This document shows positions 56,134 through 64,000 of a stretch of DNA of 64,000 nucleotides, piece after piece. Under the pieces are notes generated by a model, which saw only the letters and a program-made list of their open reading frames with translations, was not told the origin of the DNA and searched no databases. The translations under genes and the position numbers were made by a program. The stretch is taken from assembly GCA_965238075.1 (NCBI GenBank), contig OZ250173.1:384001-448000 (forward strand), read 5' to 3'. This stretch comes from Candidatus Entotheonellaceae bacterium. GTDB taxonomy: Bacteria; Tectomicrobia; Entotheonellia; Entotheonellales; Entotheonellaceae. How positions within the stretch are numbered: position 1 is the stretch's first letter; each line of letters starts with the position of its first letter.

Positions 56134-57273
56134 ATGAGTGCGAATAAAGCCGAGAACACGTTGGTCATCGTACAATTGACCGGCGGCAACGACTTCATGA
56201 ACACCCTGGTGCCGTATACCAACGAGCACTACTACGACGCTCGCAAGAAGATCGTCATTCAGCCGGATCAGGTGCTGCCGATCAACGACACACTGGGAAT
56301 CAACACCCATGCGGCGCCGCTGAAACGGCTCTATGACGAAGGCAAGATGGCGATCATTCAGGGGATCGGCTACCCGAACTCGAACCGCTCGCACTTTCGC
56401 GGCATGGATATCTGGCACACCTGCGAGCCCGACAGAGTGGGTAACGAAGGCTGGGTCGGACTGGCCGTGCGGGAATTGGATCCGCAGGCTGACAATGTGT
56501 TGACCGGCGTCAACGTCGGCATGGGCCTGCCGCGCGCCATGGCCGTCACTGGCGTGCCGGTCACCTCGGTCGGCGACCTGGAAAGCTACGGCGTCATGAA
56601 CCGGCTGGAAAAGGAAGCGCTGCGCGGCAAGGCCCTCGCGGCATTTGAGAACATATACGGCCAAGCCATCGGCACCGGCCCGGTGTCGGAATACATCGGC
56701 AAGACGGGCATCGACATTCTCAAGGGCGCCGACCTGCTGGCCGACGTGGCCGGCAAGTATAAATCCACGGTCGAGTATGCCGACAACGTCATCGCCAAGA
56801 ATCTCCGCGACGCGGCCCGCATCCATCTGGCGGGCCTCGGCACCCGCATCTTCTACACGGCGCACGGCGGCTACGATACGCACGCCAACGAGATGCCGAG
56901 CCACCCCAAGCTGCTGCAAGATCTCTCCGGCGCCATCTCGGATTTCTTCGATGACCTGGAAGAGCATGACGCCGCGGACGACGTCACCATGCTGGTGTTC
57001 ACGGAATTCGGCCGCCGCATGCGCGACAACGGCAGCGGCACCGATCACGGCTCCGGCGGCGGCGCCTTCCTGTTCGGCAATCAAGTGCAGGGCGGTCTGT
57101 ACGCGGAATACCCGTCGCTCGATCCCGCCGACTGGGAACACCGTGAGGACCTGAAGCACACGATCGATTTCCGCGGCATTTATGGGACGGTGCTTGAACA
57201 ATGGATGGGTGTCGAGGCCAAGCCGATCGTCAAGGGCACGTTCGAGCAACTGACGCCTTTCAAAGCTTGCTAG
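56134..57273 (+). CDS. DUF1501 family protein (no Tat signal)
   Basis: QLTGGND, SHF, GYDTH, TEFGRR, GTDHG, IDFR; start ATG 56134 (or 56116). Confidence 0.92.
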   Translation: MSANKAENTLVIVQLTGGNDFMNTLVPYTNEHYYDARKKIVIQPDQVLPINDTLGINTHAAPLKRLYDEGKMAIIQGIGYPNSNRSHFRGMDIWHTCEPDRVGNEGWVGLAVRELDPQADNVLTGVNVGMGLPRAMAVTGVPVTSVGDLESYGVMNRLEKEALRGKALAAFENIYGQAIGTGPVSEYIGKTGIDILKGADLLADVAGKYKSTVEYADNVIAKNLRDAARIHLAGLGTRIFYTAHGGYDTHANEMPSHPKLLQDLSGAISDFFDDLEEHDAADDVTMLVFTEFGRRMRDNGSGTDHGSGGGAFLFGNQVQGGLYAEYPSLDPADWEHREDLKHTIDFRGIYGTVLEQWMGVEAKPIVKGTFEQLTPFKAC

Positions 57274-57304
57274 CCCAAGCCGGCGGCAGCAGGGAGAGCG
57301 ACTT

Positions 57305-58330
57305 ATGACACGCCCACATGGATTACTGAGAGCAGGATATCCGTATCTGAAGACCCTCGGCATGCGCCGCATCACCAACTTCCCGACGGATATCGCCTTC
57401 GGGGATGACACGGCCTACATTTTGTGCCGCTCGGAGGGTGTGACGCTGATTCGTGTCTGGCCCATGGAGGACATGGAACAGCAAACCGATGACCTGAAGC
57501 AGATCGGCGGCTACGGGTCCGACGACGGGCAGTTCATCTGGCCGGTTCAGGTCATCACCAACGGCCATGGCGACCTCTACGTCAGCGATGAAGCAACCCA
57601 CCGCATCACACGGTTCAGCCAGGATGGCGAATTCTCGGGAAAATGGGGCACCGAGGGCACCAGCAGGGGCGAGTTGGACGGGCCGACCGGCATCGCCTTC
57701 GACGGCGACAGCAACATGGTCGTGGTCGATTCCCGCAACCACCGCGTGCAAAGGTTCACCGCCGATGGCAAGTACCTGGACGGCTTCGGCTCACACGGTT
57801 CAGAGCCGGGGCAGTTCAACCTGCCGTGGGGCGTGCACGTGGACGAGCTGGGCGACATCTACGTGGCCGATTGGGGCAACAACCGCTACCAGGTGTTTTC
57901 CGGCAGTGGTGAGTTCAAGCAAACCGTCGGCAGGCCGGGTAGCGATGAGGGCGAATTCGACCGGCCGACGGGTATCGCGGTGGACGCCCACGGCGACATT
58001 TACGTGGCCGACTGGGGCAACAACCGCGTACAGATGTTCAACGCCGAGGGGCATTACGTGTGGAGCTTCCACGGCAACGCCTCGCTGTCCCGAGTCGCTC
58101 GCAGCTACATGCTGACCAACGCGGTCTCCAACCGTCTGCGAGAAGTCGGTAAGCTGGAGCAGGAGCAGTTTCTGAGGCACCCGCGCTCGGTGCGCATCGA
58201 CGACGAGTTCCGGCTGTTCATCGCCGATTATGAATCGTACCGCATCCAGATCTACCAGAAAGACGCTATTTCCTTGGACGACACGCAGTTTGCCGCTCCG
58301 CTCCGCAATCCCACCCTTGAAGTCACGTAG
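57305..58330 (+). CDS. NHL-repeat beta-propeller protein
   Basis: Repeated G.F..P.GIA.D..G.IYVADWGNNRVQ.F units. Confidence 0.92.
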   Translation: MTRPHGLLRAGYPYLKTLGMRRITNFPTDIAFGDDTAYILCRSEGVTLIRVWPMEDMEQQTDDLKQIGGYGSDDGQFIWPVQVITNGHGDLYVSDEATHRITRFSQDGEFSGKWGTEGTSRGELDGPTGIAFDGDSNMVVVDSRNHRVQRFTADGKYLDGFGSHGSEPGQFNLPWGVHVDELGDIYVADWGNNRYQVFSGSGEFKQTVGRPGSDEGEFDRPTGIAVDAHGDIYVADWGNNRVQMFNAEGHYVWSFHGNASLSRVARSYMLTNAVSNRLREVGKLEQEQFLRHPRSVRIDDEFRLFIADYESYRIQIYQKDAISLDDTQFAAPLRNPTLEVT

Positions 58331-58338
58331 GGCCGCGC

Positions 58339-58995
58339 ATGACGGGCACCGTGATGATCATCGGTGCGAGTCGCGGCATCGGGCTGGAGTTGGCGGGCCA
58401 ATATGCCGCCGACGGCTGGCGCGTCCACGCCACGACTCGCACCCCGGACCGCCCCGGCGCCTTGGGCCAACTGGTCGGCGACGTGGTGCTGCACGAGCTT
58501 GACGTGCGGCGGCCCGACCAGACCGCCGTCCTGGCCGCTGCCGTTGCATGCGAAGGCATCGATCTTCTGATCCATAACGCCGGCGTCATGGACCGGGGTC
58601 TGAGCTCCGAGGAGGTCATGGCGATCAACGCCGAGGCGCCGATTCGCGTAGCCCTAGCCCTGCTGGATGTAGTACGGCGCAGCCGTGAGAAGAAAATTGT
58701 TTTGATGACAAGCCAACTTGGAGCGCGTTATGGCAGCAAGCGCCGCCTCGGCACGTATGGCGAATCCAAGGCGGCGCTGAACGACCGGTTCCGCGAACTG
58801 GCGCCGACGTGGGGGGCTGAGGGCTTGATCGCCATCGTCATGCATCCCGGCTGGGTCCGCACCGACATGGGCGGGCGCGGTGCAACGCTTTCCGTGGAGG
58901 AAAGCGTTACCGCTATGCGGCGGGTCATTGCCTCCCTGACGGCAGCCGAGCACGGGTGCTTCTTGACTTGGGACGGGCGGGAACACGCTTGGTAA
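58339..58995 (+). CDS. Short-chain dehydrogenase/reductase (CsgA-like)
   Basis: GASRGIG, NAG, YGESK, HPGWVRTDMGG. Confidence 0.92.
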   Translation: MTGTVMIIGASRGIGLELAGQYAADGWRVHATTRTPDRPGALGQLVGDVVLHELDVRRPDQTAVLAAAVACEGIDLLIHNAGVMDRGLSSEEVMAINAEAPIRVALALLDVVRRSREKKIVLMTSQLGARYGSKRRLGTYGESKAALNDRFRELAPTWGAEGLIAIVMHPGWVRTDMGGRGATLSVEESVTAMRRVIASLTAAEHGCFLTWDGREHAW

Positions 58996-59010
58996 TCACA
59001 TCACCTTAAC

Positions 59011-59111
59011 CGTCACTCCGGCGCAAGCCGGAGTCCGGGTGTCTCTTTCGGACGATGTCGTGGGATTCCAGAGCCTGCCCCGGACTTGATCCGGGGTCGA
59101 GCCGAAATGAC
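59011..59111. repeat. Composite palindromic repeat (CGTC-type REP pair with a nested hairpin)
   Basis: Left arm CGTCACTCCGGCGCAAGCCGGAGTCC; right arm GGATTCC[AGAGCCTGCCCCGGACTTGATCCGGGG]TCGAGCCGAAATGAC; lies between convergent genes. Confidence 0.65.
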
Positions 59112-59133
59112 CGGTTTGTGTGTAGTGGCGGGT

Positions 59134-60303
59134 TCAAAGTTTTGAGGTGTCAACGGGCAGGCCCATCAAGTGCCGTCCGACCAGTTCGTAAAGACCGCGG
59201 CGGGCCTGGGTGTGCTGGCTGATTACGTGGATGTCCTGAAAGGCGCGCTGGATGAAGTGGGCGCCGTAGATAGCGGTCGTCCCGGCGGCATTGTAAATCG
59301 TGTCGATCACCTGCACGGCTAAGCGGATGGCGTGCGTCGTAGCGATGCGCAGGGCAGCCCGCTGGTCCATGCTCATTGCCCCCGTGGTATTCACCTCGTC
59401 CCAAGCGGTTCGCACCGTTTCGGTCAGCAGGCCGTGCCCGGCCCGCAGGTTGGCATCGGCGTGACCGACATCCGCCTGCACCATCGGCTGGTCGCGCAGC
59501 AGCCCCTCGACGGCGCGCGGCGTTTTTGTTCCCGCCAATTCGATGAACACGGAAAGGCAGGCACGCGCCAAGCCCAGCGCCACCGCAGCATCGCCCGAGG
59601 CGAACATCAGGGTGCGCGGGATTTGGTATAGGGGGCCGTTTTCGAGAATCGGGGCGGTGGCGGCGAGGACGCTCAACTCCTTGGGAACAAAGACATCCCG
59701 CACGGCGAAATGGTGCGTTCCGGTGCCGCGCAGGCCGCGTACGTCCCACGTATCGAGCAATTCCACGTCGTCAACCGGCACGAACAGGTAGCGCGTTTCC
59801 GGCTGGCCGTTTTCGAGTTGCCGGGGCTGTCCGTCTTCAACGATGAGGGCGTGCGGCGCCACCCAGGAGGCGTGCTTGCAACCGGTGCTGAAGCCCTGGT
59901 TGCCGGTCACGCGGTACCCTCCCGGTACCACGACAGCCTGTGCCGTCGGCGCCGGCGTGTTGGAAACGACGCTGCGCGGCGTGTCGATCCAGATCGAGCG
60001 CGCCACCTCACGGGGCATGCGGGCCGAAAAGGTCGCAAAGATGCCACCCTGGTTGACAACCCAGCCGGTGCTGGCGTCGGCCTTGCCAAGTTCTTCGATG
60101 ACCCGGATGTAGGTAGGCAGATCGAGCTCAGCGCATCCCAAGGCGCGCGGCAGGGCCATGTGGAACAGCCCGGCGTCCGCCAGCGCCTCGAAGAGCGGCC
60201 GCGGCAACTCCCGGTTGGCGTCGATCTCGTCGGCGCAGGCGCGAATTTTAGGGGCCATTTCGCAGGCGGTGTCGAGCAACGAGCAAGCCTCTGTCTGCAG
60301 CAT
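59134..60303 (-). CDS. Acyl-CoA dehydrogenase-fold flavin-dependent monooxygenase (HsaA/C2-like); start uncertain
   Basis: ADASTGW, GGYRVTG...FSTGC.HA.W, DTWDV.GL.GTGTH, IQRAFQDIH..SQH. Confidence 0.88.
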   Translation of the reverse strand: MLQTEACSLLDTACEMAPKIRACADEIDANRELPRPLFEALADAGLFHMALPRALGCAELDLPTYIRVIEELGKADASTGWVVNQGGIFATFSARMPREVARSIWIDTPRSVVSNTPAPTAQAVVVPGGYRVTGNQGFSTGCKHASWVAPHALIVEDGQPRQLENGQPETRYLFVPVDDVELLDTWDVRGLRGTGTHHFAVRDVFVPKELSVLAATAPILENGPLYQIPRTLMFASGDAAVALGLARACLSVFIELAGTKTPRAVEGLLRDQPMVQADVGHADANLRAGHGLLTETVRTAWDEVNTTGAMSMDQRAALRIATTHAIRLAVQVIDTIYNAAGTTAIYGAHFIQRAFQDIHVISQHTQARRGLYELVGRHLMGLPVDTSKL

Positions 60304-60462
60304 CAGAGTTGGCTTTCCATAATGGCGGCAAGCAATGGTTTCGCTCCCGGTCAACGGAGCGGATAAGAGATGGCCGCAGCCCTTTTCAGCGGCTGCGTAT
60401 CATAGCACATTCACGATTCCACAAGAGTCCTGGGCCGTGGCGCCCAACTACAGGAGACCACC

Positions 60463-61548
60463 ATGAACATTACCGACGTGCAAGCCCACGTATTGGCCAT
60501 TCCCATGGCGCCCGGCAAACAGAAAATGCCGTGGACGTGGGGAAATTTCAACCAAGTGATTATTTCCGTGCATACCGATGCGGGCTTGACGGGATACGGC
60601 GAGGCGTTCGGGTACGGCGTGCCGCAGGCCACCGCCTCGGTGGTGAGCGAGATTCTCAAACCCATGCTCGTCGGCGCCGACGCCACCCAGATCACCGCGC
60701 TGCAGGACCGCATGTTCCGCCACACCCACCTGTTCGGACGTTACGGTGTCACCAATTTTGCCATCAGCGGGGTGGACATCGCACTGTGGGACCTGGCCGG
60801 GAAGAGCGCCGGCTTGCCGTTGTACCGCCTGTTCGGCGGCGCCGAGGCCGCCGACGTGCCGGCCTATGCCAGCCTGGTTCGCTATGGGGCGCCGGAGCAC
60901 GTATCCGAGGCGGTAGCGGAGGCGCGGGATGAAGGCTATGACGCCATCAAATTGCACCAGGTGGACGTGGAAAGCGTGCACGTGGCGCGCGAGGCGGCGG
61001 GCGAGGACATTCTGCTGATGCTGGACGTCAATTGCGCCTGGACGCCGGACGAGGCGCTGGATATCGCCATGCAATGCATTCCCTACAATCTCTATTGGCT
61101 GGAAGAACCCATCTGGCCGCCGGAGGATTTCGAGGCGCTGGCGCATCTCGGGCAGGCCAGCGAGACGCCGATTGCCACCGGCGAGAACGCCTGCACGGTG
61201 TACCAGTTTCAACACATGATGGAAACCGGCTGCGCATCCTTTGTTCAACCGAGCGTCACAAAGGTGGGCGGCGTCAGCGAGTGGCGCAAGGTGGCGGCGT
61301 TGGCAGAGGCCCGCAATATCCAGGTGGCGTCGCATTCGCCGTACTTCGGTCCCGGCCTGCTTGCCACCGCGCACCTGGTGGCGGCCACGCCGCACGCGCC
61401 GTGGCTGGAGGTGCTTTACGCGCCGCAGGAAGCCAGCGTGTTCACCGAGGAGCCGCAGGTCGTGGACGGCATGTTTGCCGTGCCCCAAGGGCCGGGGCTG
61501 GGGCTGGAGATCGATCTGGACGTGTTGTCGCGTTACCGCGTGGCGTGA
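60463..61548 (+). CDS. Mandelate racemase/muconate lactonizing enzyme family protein
   Basis: GYGE, SGVDIALWDL.GK, LDVN, WLEEP, ATGEN, PQGPGLG; RBS AGGAG. Confidence 0.93.
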   Translation: MNITDVQAHVLAIPMAPGKQKMPWTWGNFNQVIISVHTDAGLTGYGEAFGYGVPQATASVVSEILKPMLVGADATQITALQDRMFRHTHLFGRYGVTNFAISGVDIALWDLAGKSAGLPLYRLFGGAEAADVPAYASLVRYGAPEHVSEAVAEARDEGYDAIKLHQVDVESVHVAREAAGEDILLMLDVNCAWTPDEALDIAMQCIPYNLYWLEEPIWPPEDFEALAHLGQASETPIATGENACTVYQFQHMMETGCASFVQPSVTKVGGVSEWRKVAALAEARNIQVASHSPYFGPGLLATAHLVAATPHAPWLEVLYAPQEASVFTEEPQVVDGMFAVPQGPGLGLEIDLDVLSRYRVA

Positions 61549-61778
61549 TGATGATTGAAATCCGTTAGCCGGCGAGTGGCAGCCTCACCCGTGCACGGCT
61601 GCCTCGTCGGGAGCGCCGAAGCGTAGATCCATAGCGACCCGCACGACGATGAACTATGCAGACGAACCAATTGCTGGTGATGGTCGTGTCGGGGCTGAGC
61701 TCGGCACCCAACACTTCAACTCCGAGGGAGACGCCGCCGCTACGGACGTTAGAGCGCCACTAACAGCCGTGGCAGGCA

Positions 61779-61806
61779 ACTTCGGATAAGGCCAGTTATG
61801 TTAACT
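61779..61806 (+). other. XerC/XerD recombination (dif-like) site
   Basis: ACTTCGGATAA-GGCCAG-TTATGTTAACT: two 11-bp arms with a 6-bp spacer; right arm is 10/11 identical to the E. coli XerD arm TTATGTTAAAT. Confidence 0.8.
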
Positions 61807-61875
61807 GGATAGGTTTGGCTACGCCCTCTTTGGCTGTCGGCCCGCGTATCATCTCTTTCACTTGGAGTTGAGGTT

Positions 61876-62610
61876 ATGTTGACTACCAGCAATATAATTC
61901 AGCGAACATTTCACATACGATGGAAAAACTCGACAGGTACGGGTTTTACCGTCGATCATGGCTCTAAGCAGTATCTGGTTACGGCCTATCATGTCGTAGA
62001 TGGGATTAAATCAGGTGATGTCATTAAGATTTTTTATAAAAATGCCTGGGGCGACCTCGTCGTCGATGTCGTAGGAGTCGGTAAGGGCGAAGTGGATGTG
62101 GCCGTTCTTGCATGTTCCGTTCAGCTCTCTCCTTCACTTCCGCTGGTTCCATCGGCAGCGAACCTCTTTTACGGTCAGCCTGTCCAATTTCTGGGATACC
62201 CCTTTGGTTGGGACAGCGGAGGCAAGCGAACATCTGGGAATCGGGGAATCCCATTACCTTTTGTAAAGGCTGGGATCATTAGTGCGCTGGACTTCGACGG
62301 GGATGTAAAACGGATTTTCTTGGATGCGCACGGCAATAAGGGGTTTAGTGGTGGCCCGGTGGTGTTTGAGCCGCATGCGAAACCCAATGCCGAGTTACAT
62401 GTGGCCGGTATCGTCTCATGCTTCCCAATATCGAAAAACTGGCGAAACTGGCTGCCGGTTGTGGACCACACAGGCACCCCGATAACTGATCCTCAAGGAA
62501 ATCCGCTTGGATATGTTCAAGATAACCCTGGAATCGTGGTTGCATTCAACATCAAACACGCCGTAGATATGATTGACGCCAATCCAATCGGTTTTCAGTT
62601 GCCTACATAA
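61876..62610 (+). CDS. Trypsin-like (S1) serine protease, low GC
   Basis: GTGF, LVTAYHVV (His), DVAVL (Asp), GFSGGPV (Ser); many A/T-ending codons; no signal peptide. Confidence 0.88.
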   Translation: MLTTSNIIQRTFHIRWKNSTGTGFTVDHGSKQYLVTAYHVVDGIKSGDVIKIFYKNAWGDLVVDVVGVGKGEVDVAVLACSVQLSPSLPLVPSAANLFYGQPVQFLGYPFGWDSGGKRTSGNRGIPLPFVKAGIISALDFDGDVKRIFLDAHGNKGFSGGPVVFEPHAKPNAELHVAGIVSCFPISKNWRNWLPVVDHTGTPITDPQGNPLGYVQDNPGIVVAFNIKHAVDMIDANPIGFQLPT

Positions 62611-62839
62611 ATGGTCGCCTATATCGTGTGCTACAGGCGGCAAGGCTTAAGTGGCTCTTCTGCATCCTCCACTCAACTTGTAGAGTCGGCAACTGGCGCG
62701 GTAGCGGTAGGCGGATGGGGGTAGCTGTTCCCGGCGGCTTTCGCTATGCCGGTGCCTCACTCCATGCCATAACCCCGTTTCCAGTCGCCGCTCATCGAAC
62801 CGGACGTGCAGATCTCCCGCATCCGGCTCTCGGACGAGA

Positions 62840-64000
62840 TCATGCCTTCGCCCACGGAAGGCTTGCCGCTCGCGATCTAAGGCGCGTGAGACCGTACTCC
62901 TGCCACAGTCGCTTGTCCGGGAAGCGTTTGCACTACGGCCCGGTGACACATAGTTCCCTGGCCGCACCTTGTGCTTACGACAGAGCCACCGGCGCAGCCG
63001 CCGTTTGGCATGCCGATCAATCGCCTTGTAAGCTGGGCCGATCTGCCCCAGGATGAAGTAGTTCGCCCATCCGGTCAGAAGCCGGTTCAGGCGCTCCACC
63101 ACAACCTCTGGCGACAGCAGCTCGTTACACGGCATCGTCAACTTGCTCACACGACGGCAGATGCTCCGGACGCTCGCCGCACTCGGGCGGGTGCCAATGT
63201 AGGCACGGCCCGTATCCCGACGGTAGTTGCGTCCAATCCGGTAGCCGAGGAACTCAATCGCCTCCTCCGGCACCCGGCAGCAACGGGTCTTCTCAACATT
63301 GATCGCCAACTTCAGACACTTCATCAGAACTTCGACCGCCGCCAGTATCTCTGCCGCCGGCGCTTTGCCGAGCACCACGAAGTCATCCGCATAGTTGACG
63401 ATCTCTGCCTTGAAGCGCCGGGCATAGCCCAGCACCTTCCAGCCCACGATGAAACGACGCATGTAGATGTTGCTGAGAAGCGGCGAGATCGGTGCCCCTT
63501 GCGGGGTCCCTCTCCGCTCGCACCGCGCCCGATTTGTGCGGCGGCGGCTACCGATGACCGTCGTCCTCCACAACCGCCATCTCCAGCCACGCCTTGATCC
63601 AACCCAACAGTCGCCCGTCACTCACGCGGCGGGCGATGGACCGCATCAACTCCGTGCGGCGCGGCGCGGAATCTGGCCGAAGTAGTCCGACAGGTCGGCA
63701 TCCACCACCTCCCGGTGGCCTGCGTTCAGCAGCCGGTGCACACGCCTGACTGCATCGTGCGCGTTCCGGCCCGACCGGTAGGCATACTGCTCCGGTTGCA
63801 AATCGGTGCCCCTTCGGGGTCCCTCTCCGCTCGACCGCGCCCGATTTGTGCGGCGGCGGCTACCGTGACCGTCGTCCTCCACAACCGCCATCTCCAGCCA
63901 CGCCTTGATCCAACCCAACAGTCGCCCGTCACTCACGCGGCGGGCGATGGACCGCATCACCTCCGCGTCCTGGCGAAGTAGTCCGACAGGTCGGCATCCA
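62840..64000 (-). pseudogene. ltrA: Group II intron reverse transcriptase/maturase, frameshifted and internally duplicated
   Basis: [50 protein letters not shown]; native end ...LPWAKA* at 62840; several frameshifts; no endonuclease domain. Confidence 0.88.
63488..64000. repeat. Imperfect direct repeat, period about 314 bp, inside the RT gene
   Basis: 63488-63703 is repeated at 63802-64000 (ATCGGTGCCCCTT...GTAGTCCGACAGGTCGGCATCCA) with small indels. Confidence 0.9.

Larger units (their letters stand above)
62680..64000 (-). mobile_element. Group II intron (3' part; degenerate)
   Basis: Domain V GAGCCGGATGCGGGAGATCTGCACGTCCGGTTC at 62829-62797, a long domain VI, and 3' end ...CGACTCTAC at 62680; RT/maturase ORF upstream. 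Confidence 0.9.

Noticed and set aside
61560-61770. GTTAG/CTAAC motifs as integron attC sites
   Set aside because: Order and spacing do not give an RYYYAAC...GTTRRRY hairpin, and there is no intI in the window.
63488-64000. Repeat pair next to an RT as a possible DGR template/variable repeat or RT-associated array
   Set aside because: The repeats are pieces of the RT coding sequence itself, differ mainly by indels rather than adenine-specific changes, and domain V identifies a group II intron.

Overview
GC-rich bacterial chromosomal window with about 50 genes, two tRNAs and no rRNA or CRISPR array. The gene mix suggests a Tectomicrobia/Nitrospinota-like or deltaproteobacterial organism, but this is inference only. 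From left to right it contains: a DUF1800/DUF1501 pair with a Tat signal, a decayed pseudogene, YceI and cyclophilin, a PhyH-PanE-like-dihydropyrimidinase cluster punctuated by REP-like palindromes, the aceE-aceF-lpdA operon, an unannotated CxxU Rdx/SelW selenoprotein with a SECIS-like hairpin, and tRNA-Phe. Next come two paralogous PQQ dehydrogenases with atypical active sites flanking a cytochrome c, several catabolic genes, metH followed by Rieske proteins, a peptidoglycan-recycling cluster (pncC-like, ldcA, serine hydrolase, mpl), tRNA-Gly, an unannotated diheme c lipoprotein and recJ. The right part holds a type II secretion cluster lacking pseudopilins (exeA-B-C-D-E-F-L-M), a second signal-less DUF1800/DUF1501 pair plus an NHL protein, a XerCD dif-like site, a low-GC trypsin-like protease and a degenerate, internally duplicated group II intron. 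The best leads are the selenoprotein, the disulfide-less DxD-type PQQ dehydrogenase/cytochrome module, the dif-like site with adjacent foreign DNA, the diheme lipoprotein and the Rieske-His-helical protein next to metH. All family assignments come from motif recognition by eye; no searches were run.
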